The notes under the pieces were generated by a model, which saw only the letters and a program-made list of their open reading frames with translations, was not told the origin of the DNA and made no database searches. DNA of 64,000 bases from NCBI GenBank assembly GCA_008632985.1, contig QPGO01000289.1, positions 1 through 64,000 of the forward strand, given 5' to 3'. Positions 1 to 11,110 of the stretch are shown here, one piece after another; position 1 is the first letter of the stretch; every line of letters begins with the position of its first letter. The position numbers and the translations under genes are program-made. This DNA comes from Psammoneis japonica. Taxonomy: Eukaryota.

Positions 1-1
1 T

Positions 2-575
2 TCTTATGCTGCGCGAATTCTAGAGTGCCTGCCTCTTGAGGAGGGTTCAATAAACGACGTCAACGACAACAGTATTGCTAGCTACCGGGGCGAATTCAAG
101 GGTCAGTGGAGCAACTCATTGTTGGGGAAGGCGCTTTTGGACAAGATTGACACATCCGGACCGAAATGGTTGAGGTCGGCGGCACGAGAGCTCCGGCTCG
201 CATACGAGGCCATGGGGGCTGACTTTTTTCGCGCCCACCCAAAAGGACACGGTTCGGTAGTACTTCGACACGACGGAATTCCAACAAACACCCTAGTCAC
301 TTTCTACCGAGGGGAAGTCTACCCGCCGTGGCGATGGACAGAAAAGATGGATGCTATTGAAATGACCCAGACAGCGCTTGGACGGACACCGGTCCTTCTT
401 GATTTCTACAATATGGTACTAGAGCGACCTCAGGCTGACCATGGATCGCCATTGTCGCATAGCTGTGAACCCACCTGCGAGGTTAGAGCGTCAGCCGTAA
501 ATGGGCAGCTTTGCTTGGCAATGACGACGCTCCGAGAGGTAGAGCAAGGCGAGGAGTTGGCGTTCGACTATTATA
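2..575 (+). pseudogene. SET-domain histone methyltransferase fragment, ATXR3/SDG2-like; open off the left edge, internally deleted and lacking the post-SET region
   Basis: GEVYPPWRWTEK, DFYNMVLERP, LSHSCEPTCE and EELAFDY match the ATXR3-type SET. The usual linker between ERP and SHSC is missing and there are no post-SET cysteines after FDY. Confidence 0.7.
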
Positions 576-1583
576 TTGGTTACGTTTGGGTACATCGATG
601 GCACGGAAGCCTCCTCGCTCGACATCTTCCTTGGAATCTTGATTTAAAGGTAAGAAATGTGACAAAGTTAACTTGCTCCACGTTGATCCTCTACCAAGTC
701 TGAATGTCCATTGCATCGGAACACGGGGAAGCAGTGCGATTTGGAAATAGAGGCACAATGATCTTTCTCCTTTTTCTTGGAGTGTCCTCAGCTTCAATGC
801 AACGCTTCAAGGACGCTTGCCCCTTGATAGAGGGGGATTAGTTGACGTACGACCTCAGGCTTCCAGTTTGGCCGTTGGGGGCGAGAAGCCTGTTGCACGC
901 GGCGAGAATGTCTTCCATTTTCATTGCGATCTTCGAAACATTCTTTGAAGCACGTTTTTTGGCCGGAGTCTTATTTGCTAACTCGACAGCAAGAAACGTC
1001 CGCTGGAGGTTCAAACGTGAGGAGAAAAAGAGTACAACTTAGTGACGAGAAGTGTAATTCAAAACCACCGTAATTCAAAACCATCATCGGAATCATTAGG
1101 TAGCGATGACGAGGATGCTAGTTGCGGCACATACGTCGAGGCGCAACAAGACATAGCCTTATAGCCATTGTGTTGGATAGGAGAACACGGAAGAACGTCT
1201 GATTTTCCTCTTGTACATCTCCGCCAGCAGAATATCCTTTACAACATTAGTGCTTGATTCTTCATGCCAGTCAATTTTAGACTCGGGTGGTCGATTGCAA
1301 ATAGAAGTACCTCGCACGCGAACTTTGCAAAACAAAATATCACCTTAATGAAATACCGCTACACGGATAAACCCCGGTCCTAATAATTATTACTAGCTAG
1401 ACGCCACGGAATGCGTAACAACACTGGAACGCAAGAGAGCCCACTTCGCATCACAACAAGGATATGGAACCGCCACTCTACGCAACAAAAACTATCCACA
1501 ATGAAAGTTGGAATAGATTACAACACACACTCTAGAGAGAACTAATATTATTTATCCGGTTGCCGCCGCTTCTTGTTCTTTTC

Positions 1584-2072
1584 CTAATCCTCTTGGTCAT
1601 CGGTTTCAGTGAGATCAATAATCTCGTTGTCGGCTTCGGTGAGATCAATAACTTCGTTGACGGTTCCCGTGAGATCAATAACTTCGGGGTCGGCTGTGGG
1701 GACATCGTCGGGACCACTTACTGTAACCTCGTCGTGCGAAGTTCGAGGAATCATGCACTCTGGCACAGGGGACCGCGGATTCATGTGATGAAGCATCAAT
1801 TCGACTGCCAACCGATTGAGTTCTTCCTCTTGATTCCCTCTTCGTAGTATTTCGACGCGTCGTCTCAGTCGGTCATATTCCGGACCTCTGATTGACGCAA
1901 TGCGCCTCGACTCCTCGAAGTAGGTCACGAATTCCTTTCCACTGCGTAGGCTTCTCGTTACCACATTTTCCGTTTGCAAGAACTCTTGTCGGGCTTGCTG
2001 AACAAATTCCCTGTCTTGCAGATACCGTTGAACATTGGCTTCATGCTCCTCCCAAAACGAATCCGTCGTCAT
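1584..2072 (-). CDS. Hypothetical ~162 aa protein ending in three tandem SUMO-interacting-like motifs
   Basis: ATG at 2072; C-terminus EVIDLT-x4-EVIDLT-x4-EIIDLT in acidic context, encoded by a 30 bp repeat at ~1605-1690. Confidence 0.4.
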   Translation of the reverse strand: MTTDSFWEEHEANVQRYLQDREFVQQARQEFLQTENVVTRSLRSGKEFVTYFEESRRIASIRGPEYDRLRRRVEILRRGNQEEELNRLAVELMLHHMNPRSPVPECMIPRTSHDEVTVSGPDDVPTADPEVIDLTGTVNEVIDLTEADNEIIDLTETDDQED

Positions 2073-4779
2073 GCTCTCTGGCGTTCTATCGTCTTTTGTC
2101 AACTGCACTGTTGGGCGGTTGTACAGTACAAGCAACAACTGAGGTGTAAGAGATGGATATGAAAAGCTGATAATGGAACAAAGATATAACAAGCAACACT
2201 TACAAGCACGATCAACGACGACACGGCAACTTTTTCATGAAAATGAAGGAGTTGTGAGGTTTTGGTTGTGTCCCGAGTGAATTTCCAACGAACTTCGTGC
2301 GTACGTCACATCACTTAACGACGTGACGTAAAATGAACGAATAGGAGTTCAATCCCCGACTCGAGCTACTTAATGTACTGTGTTACAGTATGTACTACAG
2401 TACCGTATGGTTGGTGCGACTATTTTAGACCTATGTCTTGTCTACGCTAAATGAACGACGAAATGATTACTATCATAGACAAGACATTCAGGGATGAGAT
2501 CAATCTTTCAATCGCTGGTCAGCTTGACTCTAGCTAGTCGTCATCAAATTGTCTTGTCGTGAACAACATGTCGTGTTCTCTAAGTGCAGACTTTTACTTA
2601 TTGAACGCACTAACTTTTTAGATTATGTATTGCCCCGTTTGCTGCCGTCTGCTCGCGTTAACATGCCCCCCCCTCACAGCAGGATTCCAGATTCCAGTTG
2701 ACGGAATTTGCGCACCGTACACACACCATCACCATGAGAATCATCTTTCGTTTCTAGAGCAGACAGTTTTGACTTCAAATGAGCAACATGCCAAACAAAG
2801 AACTGCAGTCCATCATTGTCACTTCAGCCAAGAACAATGACTGGTGCTTTGGAAACCCTCACTCAGAGAGCATCGTTTGTTGTGTCCTTTTTGTGCTTCC
2901 AAAAAGAAGAAAGTCTTGACGGACAGTTCCCAGGATGCTCGCCAAGTTCTGGTGACTCGGACCGTGACTGCAACGGGAGCCATGTTTGCCATCTTTCCAT
3001 GCCTTTCAAAACACCAAAGAAGACATCAATTCGGCGGCCTCCAGGATTGAACGAATCTTGACAACGACATTTTCCACGGATGTCGTAGTCAGCTTCAATC
3101 TCGCCTTGGGTCGATTTGACTGGAGTCTTTCCTTTTGAGTCCTGTGCACTGCTTTCATTGGGATTGCAACAACAAAATGCAGTGCTTGTCGCTGATGCGC
3201 TTGCTCCGCTTTGCACGGTTGCATCGCGTGAAGAAGCTGTCCGACGTGCTGTGGTGAGGACCACGCACGAATGTCATCTCGTTGCTTTGTTTTACATTGA
3301 TTTGAAAGAAATTGCTGTGCTGACTGTTGTGCGCTTGTCAGCATGTTCCATTGCTGGATGTTTGAGAGCGGGATCAGACCGGGCCCTTGCAGGGAAAGAG
3401 CTCTCTGGGGTTGAACTGGATGAGGTGCATGCGCTCAGTCACAAGCTCCAACACTGGAAGAGCAGGATCAGACCGGGCCCTTTTGGAGGGCAAGAGCTCC
3501 ACCATTCTGGACATTCAGAAGCAGAGTTGCCAATTGTGGACATTGGCAACCACAAACTCAACCCTGTCTTTGATGTCACCCTGCCCAAGGCAGGCACTGG
3601 AGAGCACAGCGACCACTGTCTCAACACAGGACAGTTGGGATGGCACGATCTCGGCCAAATCTTGGCATGCAATGGCGTTTGCATGCAAGTGTTCCACAGG
3701 CTCTGCCTCCACTCTGTGACAATGGCCAATGGTCTGTTGCGCCTCTTTGTTGAACCCTTGACAGCGCGATTTCATTGACGCCCAATTGCTCTGGTGAGAA
3801 GTTTCAGTGTGGACAAATGCTTTCTGTGATTGGTGTTGTTTCGCTGTGTTGCGCCACCTTTTTTTGGCTGTTGCAGCTTGCATCATGGTGGTCGATTGGG
3901 GTGTTGTTCCGACCGGTGCACACATTGCATGACTTTGTGTTCAGCCTTTGCTTGATGCTGTTGTCTGCTCCAATGCTGGCACAAATGTCCATGGCGTCCT
4001 TGGCGGCATGCTGTGCAATTTCTGTCCCCATTGTGCTCTGCATGTTGGATTGCTGGTTGTGGCAGAGACTGTCTCAGGTGATGCAAACTGCCTCTGCTTC
4101 CAATGCCTTGCATGCAATGTCTTTGTGGGGATTCCATTCTTAGACTCATGCTCTTCGACAATGAAGAGAGACAAGGCTCTCCGACTTGTGGAAAAACAGC
4201 AGCAGCGACCCAACAACCGGAAAGCAGGTGGGCCAAGAGCAGACTCCAGAGAGGAACTTCTCATGGCCAGGGACTGCCTCAGGTGTCATGCATGCAGTGT
4301 CTTTGTGGGAACTCCGCTCTAAGACGTTTGCCCTTCAACGATGAAGAGAGACAAGTGACAAGGCAGCAGCACCAACCCAACGGCCGGAAAGCAGCTTGAG
4401 GCAACACACTTGTGCAATGATCTCTCTGCAGAGCAGACTGGAGGGGAATTTCTCGTGGCTGGAGAGACTGCCTCAGGTGACGGAAACCACCTCCACTTCC
4501 ACTGCCTTGTGTGCAACATCTTTGTGTGGAGTCCACAATGTTCTTAGACTGTTGCACTTCGACTGGCAGCAAAACTGCTGCAACGCTCTCCAGAGAGCAT
4601 GCTCTGTCACAGAGAGGGGAATTTCTTCGTCCTCGTCCATGATGGCATCTGCCCAAACTCTCCAGTGGTGGGTGGTGGCATTGTTCATGCAGGCCTGTGC
4701 AATGTGTGAGATCACACATCTCTGTTTTTGTGCATTTCCTTGGCAGCACCAAACTCGCACATGTCTGGTTTGTTTGTCA

Positions 4780-5550
4780 AGAAAACAAGAATGATGCACT
4801 TGGATTGTTGCTTGAGTTTTCCAAAACATTGGGCCACAATGCCAATGGCGTGTCATCCTGGCAGAGCAGATGGTGTCCGGCCCTGTCCCAAGCTGTGCAG
4901 CAAATCATTTCAGGTTGCATGGCATCAAACAGAGCAGCGACATCCATTGGAGAATGTGAGGCCTCTCCAATTTCCTGTGATGTTGTTGTTGGGCTCCTGC
5001 AACCCTCCACAGAGAGCTCTCTCAAGTTTGTCAGTGCCTGCAGCATGGCTGCTGGGATCTCCATTGGTTGGGTGCATTCATCAAGAACCAGCCTTTTCAA
5101 GCTCGCAAGTGACTCCAGCTCCCTTGGCAGCTCTGCAACGCCAGAGCAGCTGCTCAGTCTCGACTCTTCAAGATTGACAAGATTCCCAACAGGAGCTCCT
5201 GGCAATGCTTCAAGATGCTTGCACAGCAAGATGCACTCAACCGCATCAAATTGGTCAACAGGCCAATTTCACTCGGAAGAAAAGTCAACCTGGAACAACC
5301 AAACAGAAAAAGGAAAAGCAACCCGTGGACATTCCCAATTTCTCTGTGCAGCTGTGCAAGGGACTCGCAACCACAAAAGTTCAAGTGTTCCAGTTCATGC
5401 AATTGTCCAATTTCCACAGGCAGTTGCTCAAGACTCATGCAACAAGAAAGATCCAGCACACAAAGTTGCTGCAATTGGCCAATTTCTGGAGGCAAACGGG
5501 CGAGATTCTTGCAGTGCAATGCTTGCAAAAAAACAAGCTGAGTCAACATT
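4780..5550 (-). pseudogene. Leucine-rich repeat gene remnant (plant-NLR-like LRR units)
   Basis: LARLPPEIGQLQQLCVLDLSCCMSLEQLPVEIGQLHELEHLNFCGCESL, and LEALPGAPVGNLVNLEESRLSSC in a shifted frame. Confidence 0.8.
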
Positions 5551-6784
5551 GGTGCAGTGTGATGCTTCTCACCGCAGTGAAACTTTTGTGGCCACTTTCG
5601 ATTTCAGCATTGCGCCTCACATGCTCTTGCATTCGCCCAGCTGCCTGTGAGAAAGAGCTTGGAGAGCTCAATCAGAAGAATCCATCTCATTGCCACAGAG
5701 ATGTTCCTTGTTCCCACACTCTTCTCCAATGTTTGAAAGCACTTGAGACAGAGTTTTGAAGGCTGGATTTTCCCATCAGCATGGTCGTCATGCAGAACTT
5801 GGTCTCTGGGGACATGCAGAATGAAAAAACCTTTCACAATGCCGCAGTGCCACTGACATTCATCCACATGATCTTTGGCCCAACTGGCGGCATGTCCTCC
5901 CTTTTGTCATTTTTAGACAAGTCAATGCTGTGTGGCTGGAAGGTTCATCTTACAAACACTTCCACATTTGTGCATCTGTTGCATGTCCAGCCTGTTGCCC
6001 CCCTGTCTGTTGGCCCCAAACATGCTGAGAATAGCCTCCATCATTGCAGTGATCTCATCCTTGCTGTTCTCCCATTGAGTTTTGGTGGCCTCTCCAATGG
6101 CAACAGCAATGCCATCTTTGAACGGGTTGACATCATGCCAGTCATCGAGGGTGATGGGCTCGACGCATCATTCCTGCAAAACTTGTCAAGCAGCAACAAG
6201 CCCTGTGGATCATTGACTTTGTCAGGTTGTGTGAATTGATCATGTGCTGTTGTCAATGGATCCTTGAGCTCCTTGAGACACAGATCAGGATCATCTTTTT
6301 CGACAACGTGCCACCGCTGTGTCACCCCCTGTCACACAGCCATTGACGTTAACTGCCGTCATGGCGGAAATGGCTGCAATGAATGCATTTTTGTGTTTTT
6401 GAAGAGAAGTCATGGGTTTGCTTGGATCTGTGGCTGATGCTTTGCACAGAGTGTTGACAGAGAGTGCAAGGTTGATGGCTCTGTTGATTTGATGTGCTTG
6501 CTGGCTTGCGCTTCATCTCTTGTGCTGGCTGTGGTTGATCTTCTGCACACGTCTGAACGCAACCATCCAATTGATGTCAGATTGATGGAATCTGGTGCTG
6601 GAATCTTGCCAGGGACATGTTGTGGAGAGAGCATGTGACTGACCAAATAAAAAGAAAACCATGGAAAACAGACAGACATGATGGCCACTTTTGAGAAAAA
6701 AGCAAAAAACCATCACGTGCACAGCAAACCACGGCAGCACCATGGAGACACCACTGTGTTCATAAAAAGTGACCGTCGCTGGGA

Positions 6785-7245
6785 ACTGGGACAATGTCAC
6801 ACAGTCAAAAGCACTGACATGAGGCGACACAAATCTGCCAAGCATGCTGGTGGTGTTTGTTTTTTGGCATCACAATCTAAAACTCTTCTTGTTGCAACAC
6901 TCTGTTTAGATGGGCAGCATGTTTTTGTGGTTTCTCTGTGACTGGGCTGTGTTCACAAAGCAACCCTCACTGGGACAATGTCACATGGTGCAGAGCATGG
7001 ACACAAGGCAACACGAATGTGTTGAGCGTGATGGCTGTGTTTGTTTTTTGATGTTGTCTAAAATTCTTGTTGCTGCACTCTGTTTGGATGATTTTGTGTT
7101 GTTTCCATGTGACTTGGCTGCACTGTGCACTCATGAAGCCACCATCACTGGGTCAATGTCATGTGGTTGGCATCATGGATGCAAGGCCATGTGGGTGCAT
7201 CAAGCATGATGGTTGTGTTTCTTTCTGGTGTCATCCAAAAGGTTG
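6785..7245. repeat. Degenerate tandem repeat, ~180 bp unit, about 2.5 copies
   Basis: ctggg(a/t)caatgtca recurs at ~6787, ~6970 and ~7148 with similar downstream sequence. Confidence 0.7.
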
Positions 7246-7339
7246 CTGGGCTGTGCGGTGTGGTTGAGTGGCAGGAACAGCTGGGGGTTGAGTGGATGCA
7301 GCAGTGGCAGCAGCAGCAGCGGGAGATTGTCTTGATCTC

Positions 7340-8520
7340 AAATCATTGTTTGTGGTGGCATTGGGCAAATCTCATCCTGGTGCTTCACTGGAGCATGCTT
7401 CCTCCATTTTGTCCCGAGCTCCATTTGTTTGATGTTGGGGATTCCAGGAAATGGGATGACCTGGGGTGCCACCTGCAAGAGCTCCATTCTGTTGCTGTTG
7501 GTCCCGGGCTTTTTGAGTTCTCTTGTGGCGGTCGCACCTTGATCCTCCTCCCAGCAAGACACCTGAATTTTCATGTCAGTTGGCAAAGCTTTTGTTGCAG
7601 AAAAGATGTGGCTCTTGTGGACCATGCTGGGGGGTGAAGTGTCGACACAATGAATCAAGTTTCTTGTTCCAGTCTTGGAAGTCTTCCTCATCCATGCACA
7701 GTGGCAGTGGCAGCATTCTCGTTTTCATTCAACAACTCCATCATTTGCTTGAAGGCACAGACATTGGAGTTTCTGCATGGCTTTTTCAAGATGTCGCACA
7801 TCCGGTCACAAGGGTTCTTTGTGTGCCCAACTGCAAGAAACACAAACTGCACCATTTGACAGAATCTCTGCTCAACCAAGCAGAGGGCCAGCCAAAGAAC
7901 CATTCTGTTCTTGTTCTGACTCCAGCAGTTGTCCATGACAACAGCAAGCTTTGCTCGAATTTGCTTTGCTGTTCCCATCATCATTGACCTCCAAACACCC
8001 TTTGTCCTTTGGATGCTTCACAATGAGTGTGATGCGACATTGTTGCCTCCTTTTTTGCCTTGGCCCTCATGGCACACACATGCCAGGAGCAAGTTGTCTT
8101 TCATGTTGACAAGTCCAAAACAATTTGCGTTCAAAGGAGAAAAGTGGTGAGCATCGCCAGATTGCTCATTGCCAAGGTGTGGAAAGTCCATGTTTTCAGA
8201 GTGGTCACCAACAAGCACATCAACAAGTTCCTGTTCAAGGCATTTGGCAGTGAGAGAATTGAGCAGTTCTCTCTGAGCAACAGCCTGTTGGACACAGATT
8301 TTGGCTTTTGCCGCTGCCTCCTCTCTCCTCAGACATCCATTCACTGGAGTGTTGCTGCTGTTCAAAGGACAAGGTGACACCAAGAAATGACAAAAAGCGC
8401 GCGACAACACAAAGCAGTCAGAACAAATGTCCTCCCTGGCTTTGGGACAAACCAGCTTTGGGCAGCTTCTCTTCCAGAAAGAACGGAAAGTTTCAAAAAC
8501 AACTGTCTTTTGTGGCTTCA
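7340..8520 (-). mobile_element. Degraded DDE transposase, Sola-like (DNC-QNKN / GHT family); probably extends up to ~9300
   Basis: EDICSDC, DHSENMDFPHLGNEQSGDAHHFSPLN, ACVCHEGQGKKGGNNVAS, VMDNCWSQNKN and FLAVGHTKNPCDR; stops and frameshifts present. Confidence 0.75.
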
Positions 8521-10728
8521 TGTCTTTCTGTGGCTTGCGTCAATTCAGTCGCCCCTTTGTCATTCTTGAGCTTGGCTTTCCATCCTTGTTTGCCAACCCA
8601 TTTGTCCAGCAGCTCCTCATCGTCATCCCCAGCCCCTGCTCTGACTTCCAGTTGAAAAACCTTGTGGCTCAAGGAGAAGCAAGTTCCATCATGTCTTTGA
8701 AAAAATGTGCAACAACGTTTCCACGTCTGCCTTCATTTTTGCATTTGATGACTCACCCTGTGCTGTGCCAGATTTGCCACACCAACTTGAGGTTTTGTGG
8801 GCTTCCTTGGAGCAGACAGCGCACTTGAAAAGACCATCTTGGAAGCACATGTTTGTCCATTTGAGAAAGTGCCCTCCAACAGTGGCATCTGCCTTGCTTG
8901 TTGAGTGCAGTGCACAAAAAGAGGTGTTTGAACAGCCACAGGCTCTGGACAAATCAACAGCTTGTCTGATTTCCTCGCACTTCCTTGTCTGAGGAAACTC
9001 AGAGCCGAGCAAGGAATTCCCTGTGATCAAAAACCCCAAATGATGCAGTGATTGGCACATTGCCAATGACTCTGTTTGTGGTGTTGCTGTCAAATTTGTG
9101 CTGGAAAACTGTGCACAGTTCCAGCACCTGTCGTCATGGAAATGGAGCTCCGTCGTTGTGGGATTCCACACAAGAAGCTCCAGCACATTTCCTGCACAGT
9201 TCATGAAGAGCTGCTTGCATGGCTGGACAATTGCCTGATTTTTGAAAAAAAAAAAACCATGTGACCTGCCTTTGTCAATTCTTTGGTCCTGCCAGGTGCA
9301 AAGAAGCCCAAGGCCACTTCTTGGAGGCAAGTGATGGTCAATGAGGGGGTGTTTGCAATTGTTGTGTAAAAACTGCTGTTTGTTTTGGCAAGAGCCGTTG
9401 TTGTTAAATAAAGGGGCACACAAAATCCAATGCAAAATGTCTGACTGGCACAACAGGTGCGTTCATGCCAGCAGCTGGTCGTCAGCCTCATGCCGGCAGC
9501 TGCAAACGTTAGACTGCCTGCGATTTTGGGGGGGTCAGTGACTCCAAGAGAGGGGGAGAGGGGAGAGGAGAAAGAAGGAGGAAGAGGAGAAAAAGGAAGG
9601 AGAGAGGAAGGGGTTGCGAGGGCAGCGAGCTTGATCTAAAAGGCAGAAGTGGTTTGAAGAGCCATCATCAATTCTTTCTCCCGTTTCACCACCCGATGTG
9701 TCAGATCTCCGGGTGCTCCACTGCACGCGAAAGTTCCAGTAAATCTCCTCCTGTTTCTGGATTTTCTGCGCGCACTTCGTTGCGCGCGACTTTGGATGCG
9801 GCATGGCGCGTTCTCTGGAGGAATTACTGGAGAAACAGGGTTTTGCTGGACACATTACTGGAATTTTCACCTTTTCCTGGGTCAATTGCTGGGTCGTCCT
9901 TCTCGGAGATTGCTGGTTTTCATTCCTGGACGCCAAATTACTGTCATGCATTTCTGGGTTTGAAGGTTCCTCCAATCTTCTGGGGGACGGCCCATTTCTG
10001 GAACACCAGGAATCGGTGCTCTCTATTCCTGGACTATGTTTCTGGTAGAGCATTATTCTCAACTATGGTGCAACGCATTTAAATGCTACGGTACTGACAA
10101 CTATGACATCAACAGAGAATCAATTAAAAGATACAATTAAACAAACTAGCACTCCACCACGCACTTTCTCGCGATTCTCAATGCAGAAAACAAACTTTTA
10201 ATCGTCAAGTCTCCTCGGTTTTCTTGCCCTACTAGGCCTATTAGAGGTGCGTCTCCGTCTTGTAGTACGCGCCATCATCCTGAGACTTGTTCGCAAAGGA
10301 TTCATTATGGTTCTGGCTGCAAGAATGGTGGTCGCATACATTGTTCTTTTGTACCTCATCGGATGCTCTGTGGCAGTGTATGTAAGAGGGAAGAACAATT
10401 GGTGTGAGTCGCCAGAAAAGGAAAAGAGAACTATTCTTAGGACGACTTACCGAATGTTCCCGTTTGCGGTCGATTGCGTCGTCTCCTCTCGGCTCCGCTG
10501 AAACGCAAAAGGCAGAACTATTGAGGATACTTGGAAAAGGATATACATACCAAGAAAAACCAAGCCAGTACGTACGTGATGTTGCTCACCTTGTTGTCTG
10601 CTTCTTTTAGTTGATATGTTGAGTTGTAGCCATCTCGTCTTTTTCGCCCTTCCTTTCGTCAACATTGTTCTCTTCGTCCACTTCACCCCGACATCCATTC
10701 ACTGCCCCTGCCATGAAGGGCTCTACCA

Positions 10729-11110
10729 CTTCTTGGGTTCAAGTATTCCTACTAGCCTACTAGTAGTAACGTTGTTGGCGTCGGGGTACACTATGCCAAG
10801 TGACAAAGAAGCCTCTTGGCTATTGTCGCTCGCTCCTCCTTGATCTGCATAATTGAAAAGCACGCAAAAACGAAATGATTAGATTCAATAGCTGGAATAG
10901 CAATAACAACACCAAACTATGCTTACCCCTTCTTCCATTTCTTGGGTTCCCGTATTCCTATTAGTAGCAACGTTATTGACAGCGAGGTTCGCTACGCCAC
11001 GCGAAAAAGAAGCCTCTTGACCGTCGCGTGCTCTCTCCTTTGCTCTGCATAAATGAAAGGCACACCATAAAGAATTAGATTCAATAGCTGCAACAGCAAT
11101 AACAATAATG
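10729..11110. repeat. Diverged direct duplication, ~200-210 bp unit, resembling a duplicated exon-intron unit on the minus strand
   Basis: ttcttgggttc-gtattccta...aaagaagcctcttg...ctgcata...attagattcaatagctg occurs twice (from ~10729 and ~10938). Minus-strand gtaag donor at ~10926 and ctaat...tgcag acceptors. Confidence 0.7.

Larger units (their letters stand above)
2760..9350. other. TpA-depleted (hypermutated) island 1
   Basis: Only about 15 TpA found by eye in ~6.6 kb, versus many per 100 bp in the flanks. Embedded proteins are nearly Tyr-free and rich in Cys/His. Confidence 0.9.

Noticed and set aside
3700..4040. Possible TIR domain downstream of the LRR (AFVHTETSHQSNW)
   Set aside because: Resemblance is too weak and the region too mutated to call.
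2666..9534. Possible terminal inverted repeats CCCCCCCCTCACAGCAGG / CCTGCGATTTTGGGGGGG bracketing island 1
   Set aside because: Only 13 of 18 positions match, mostly in a homopolymer, and there is no clear target duplication.
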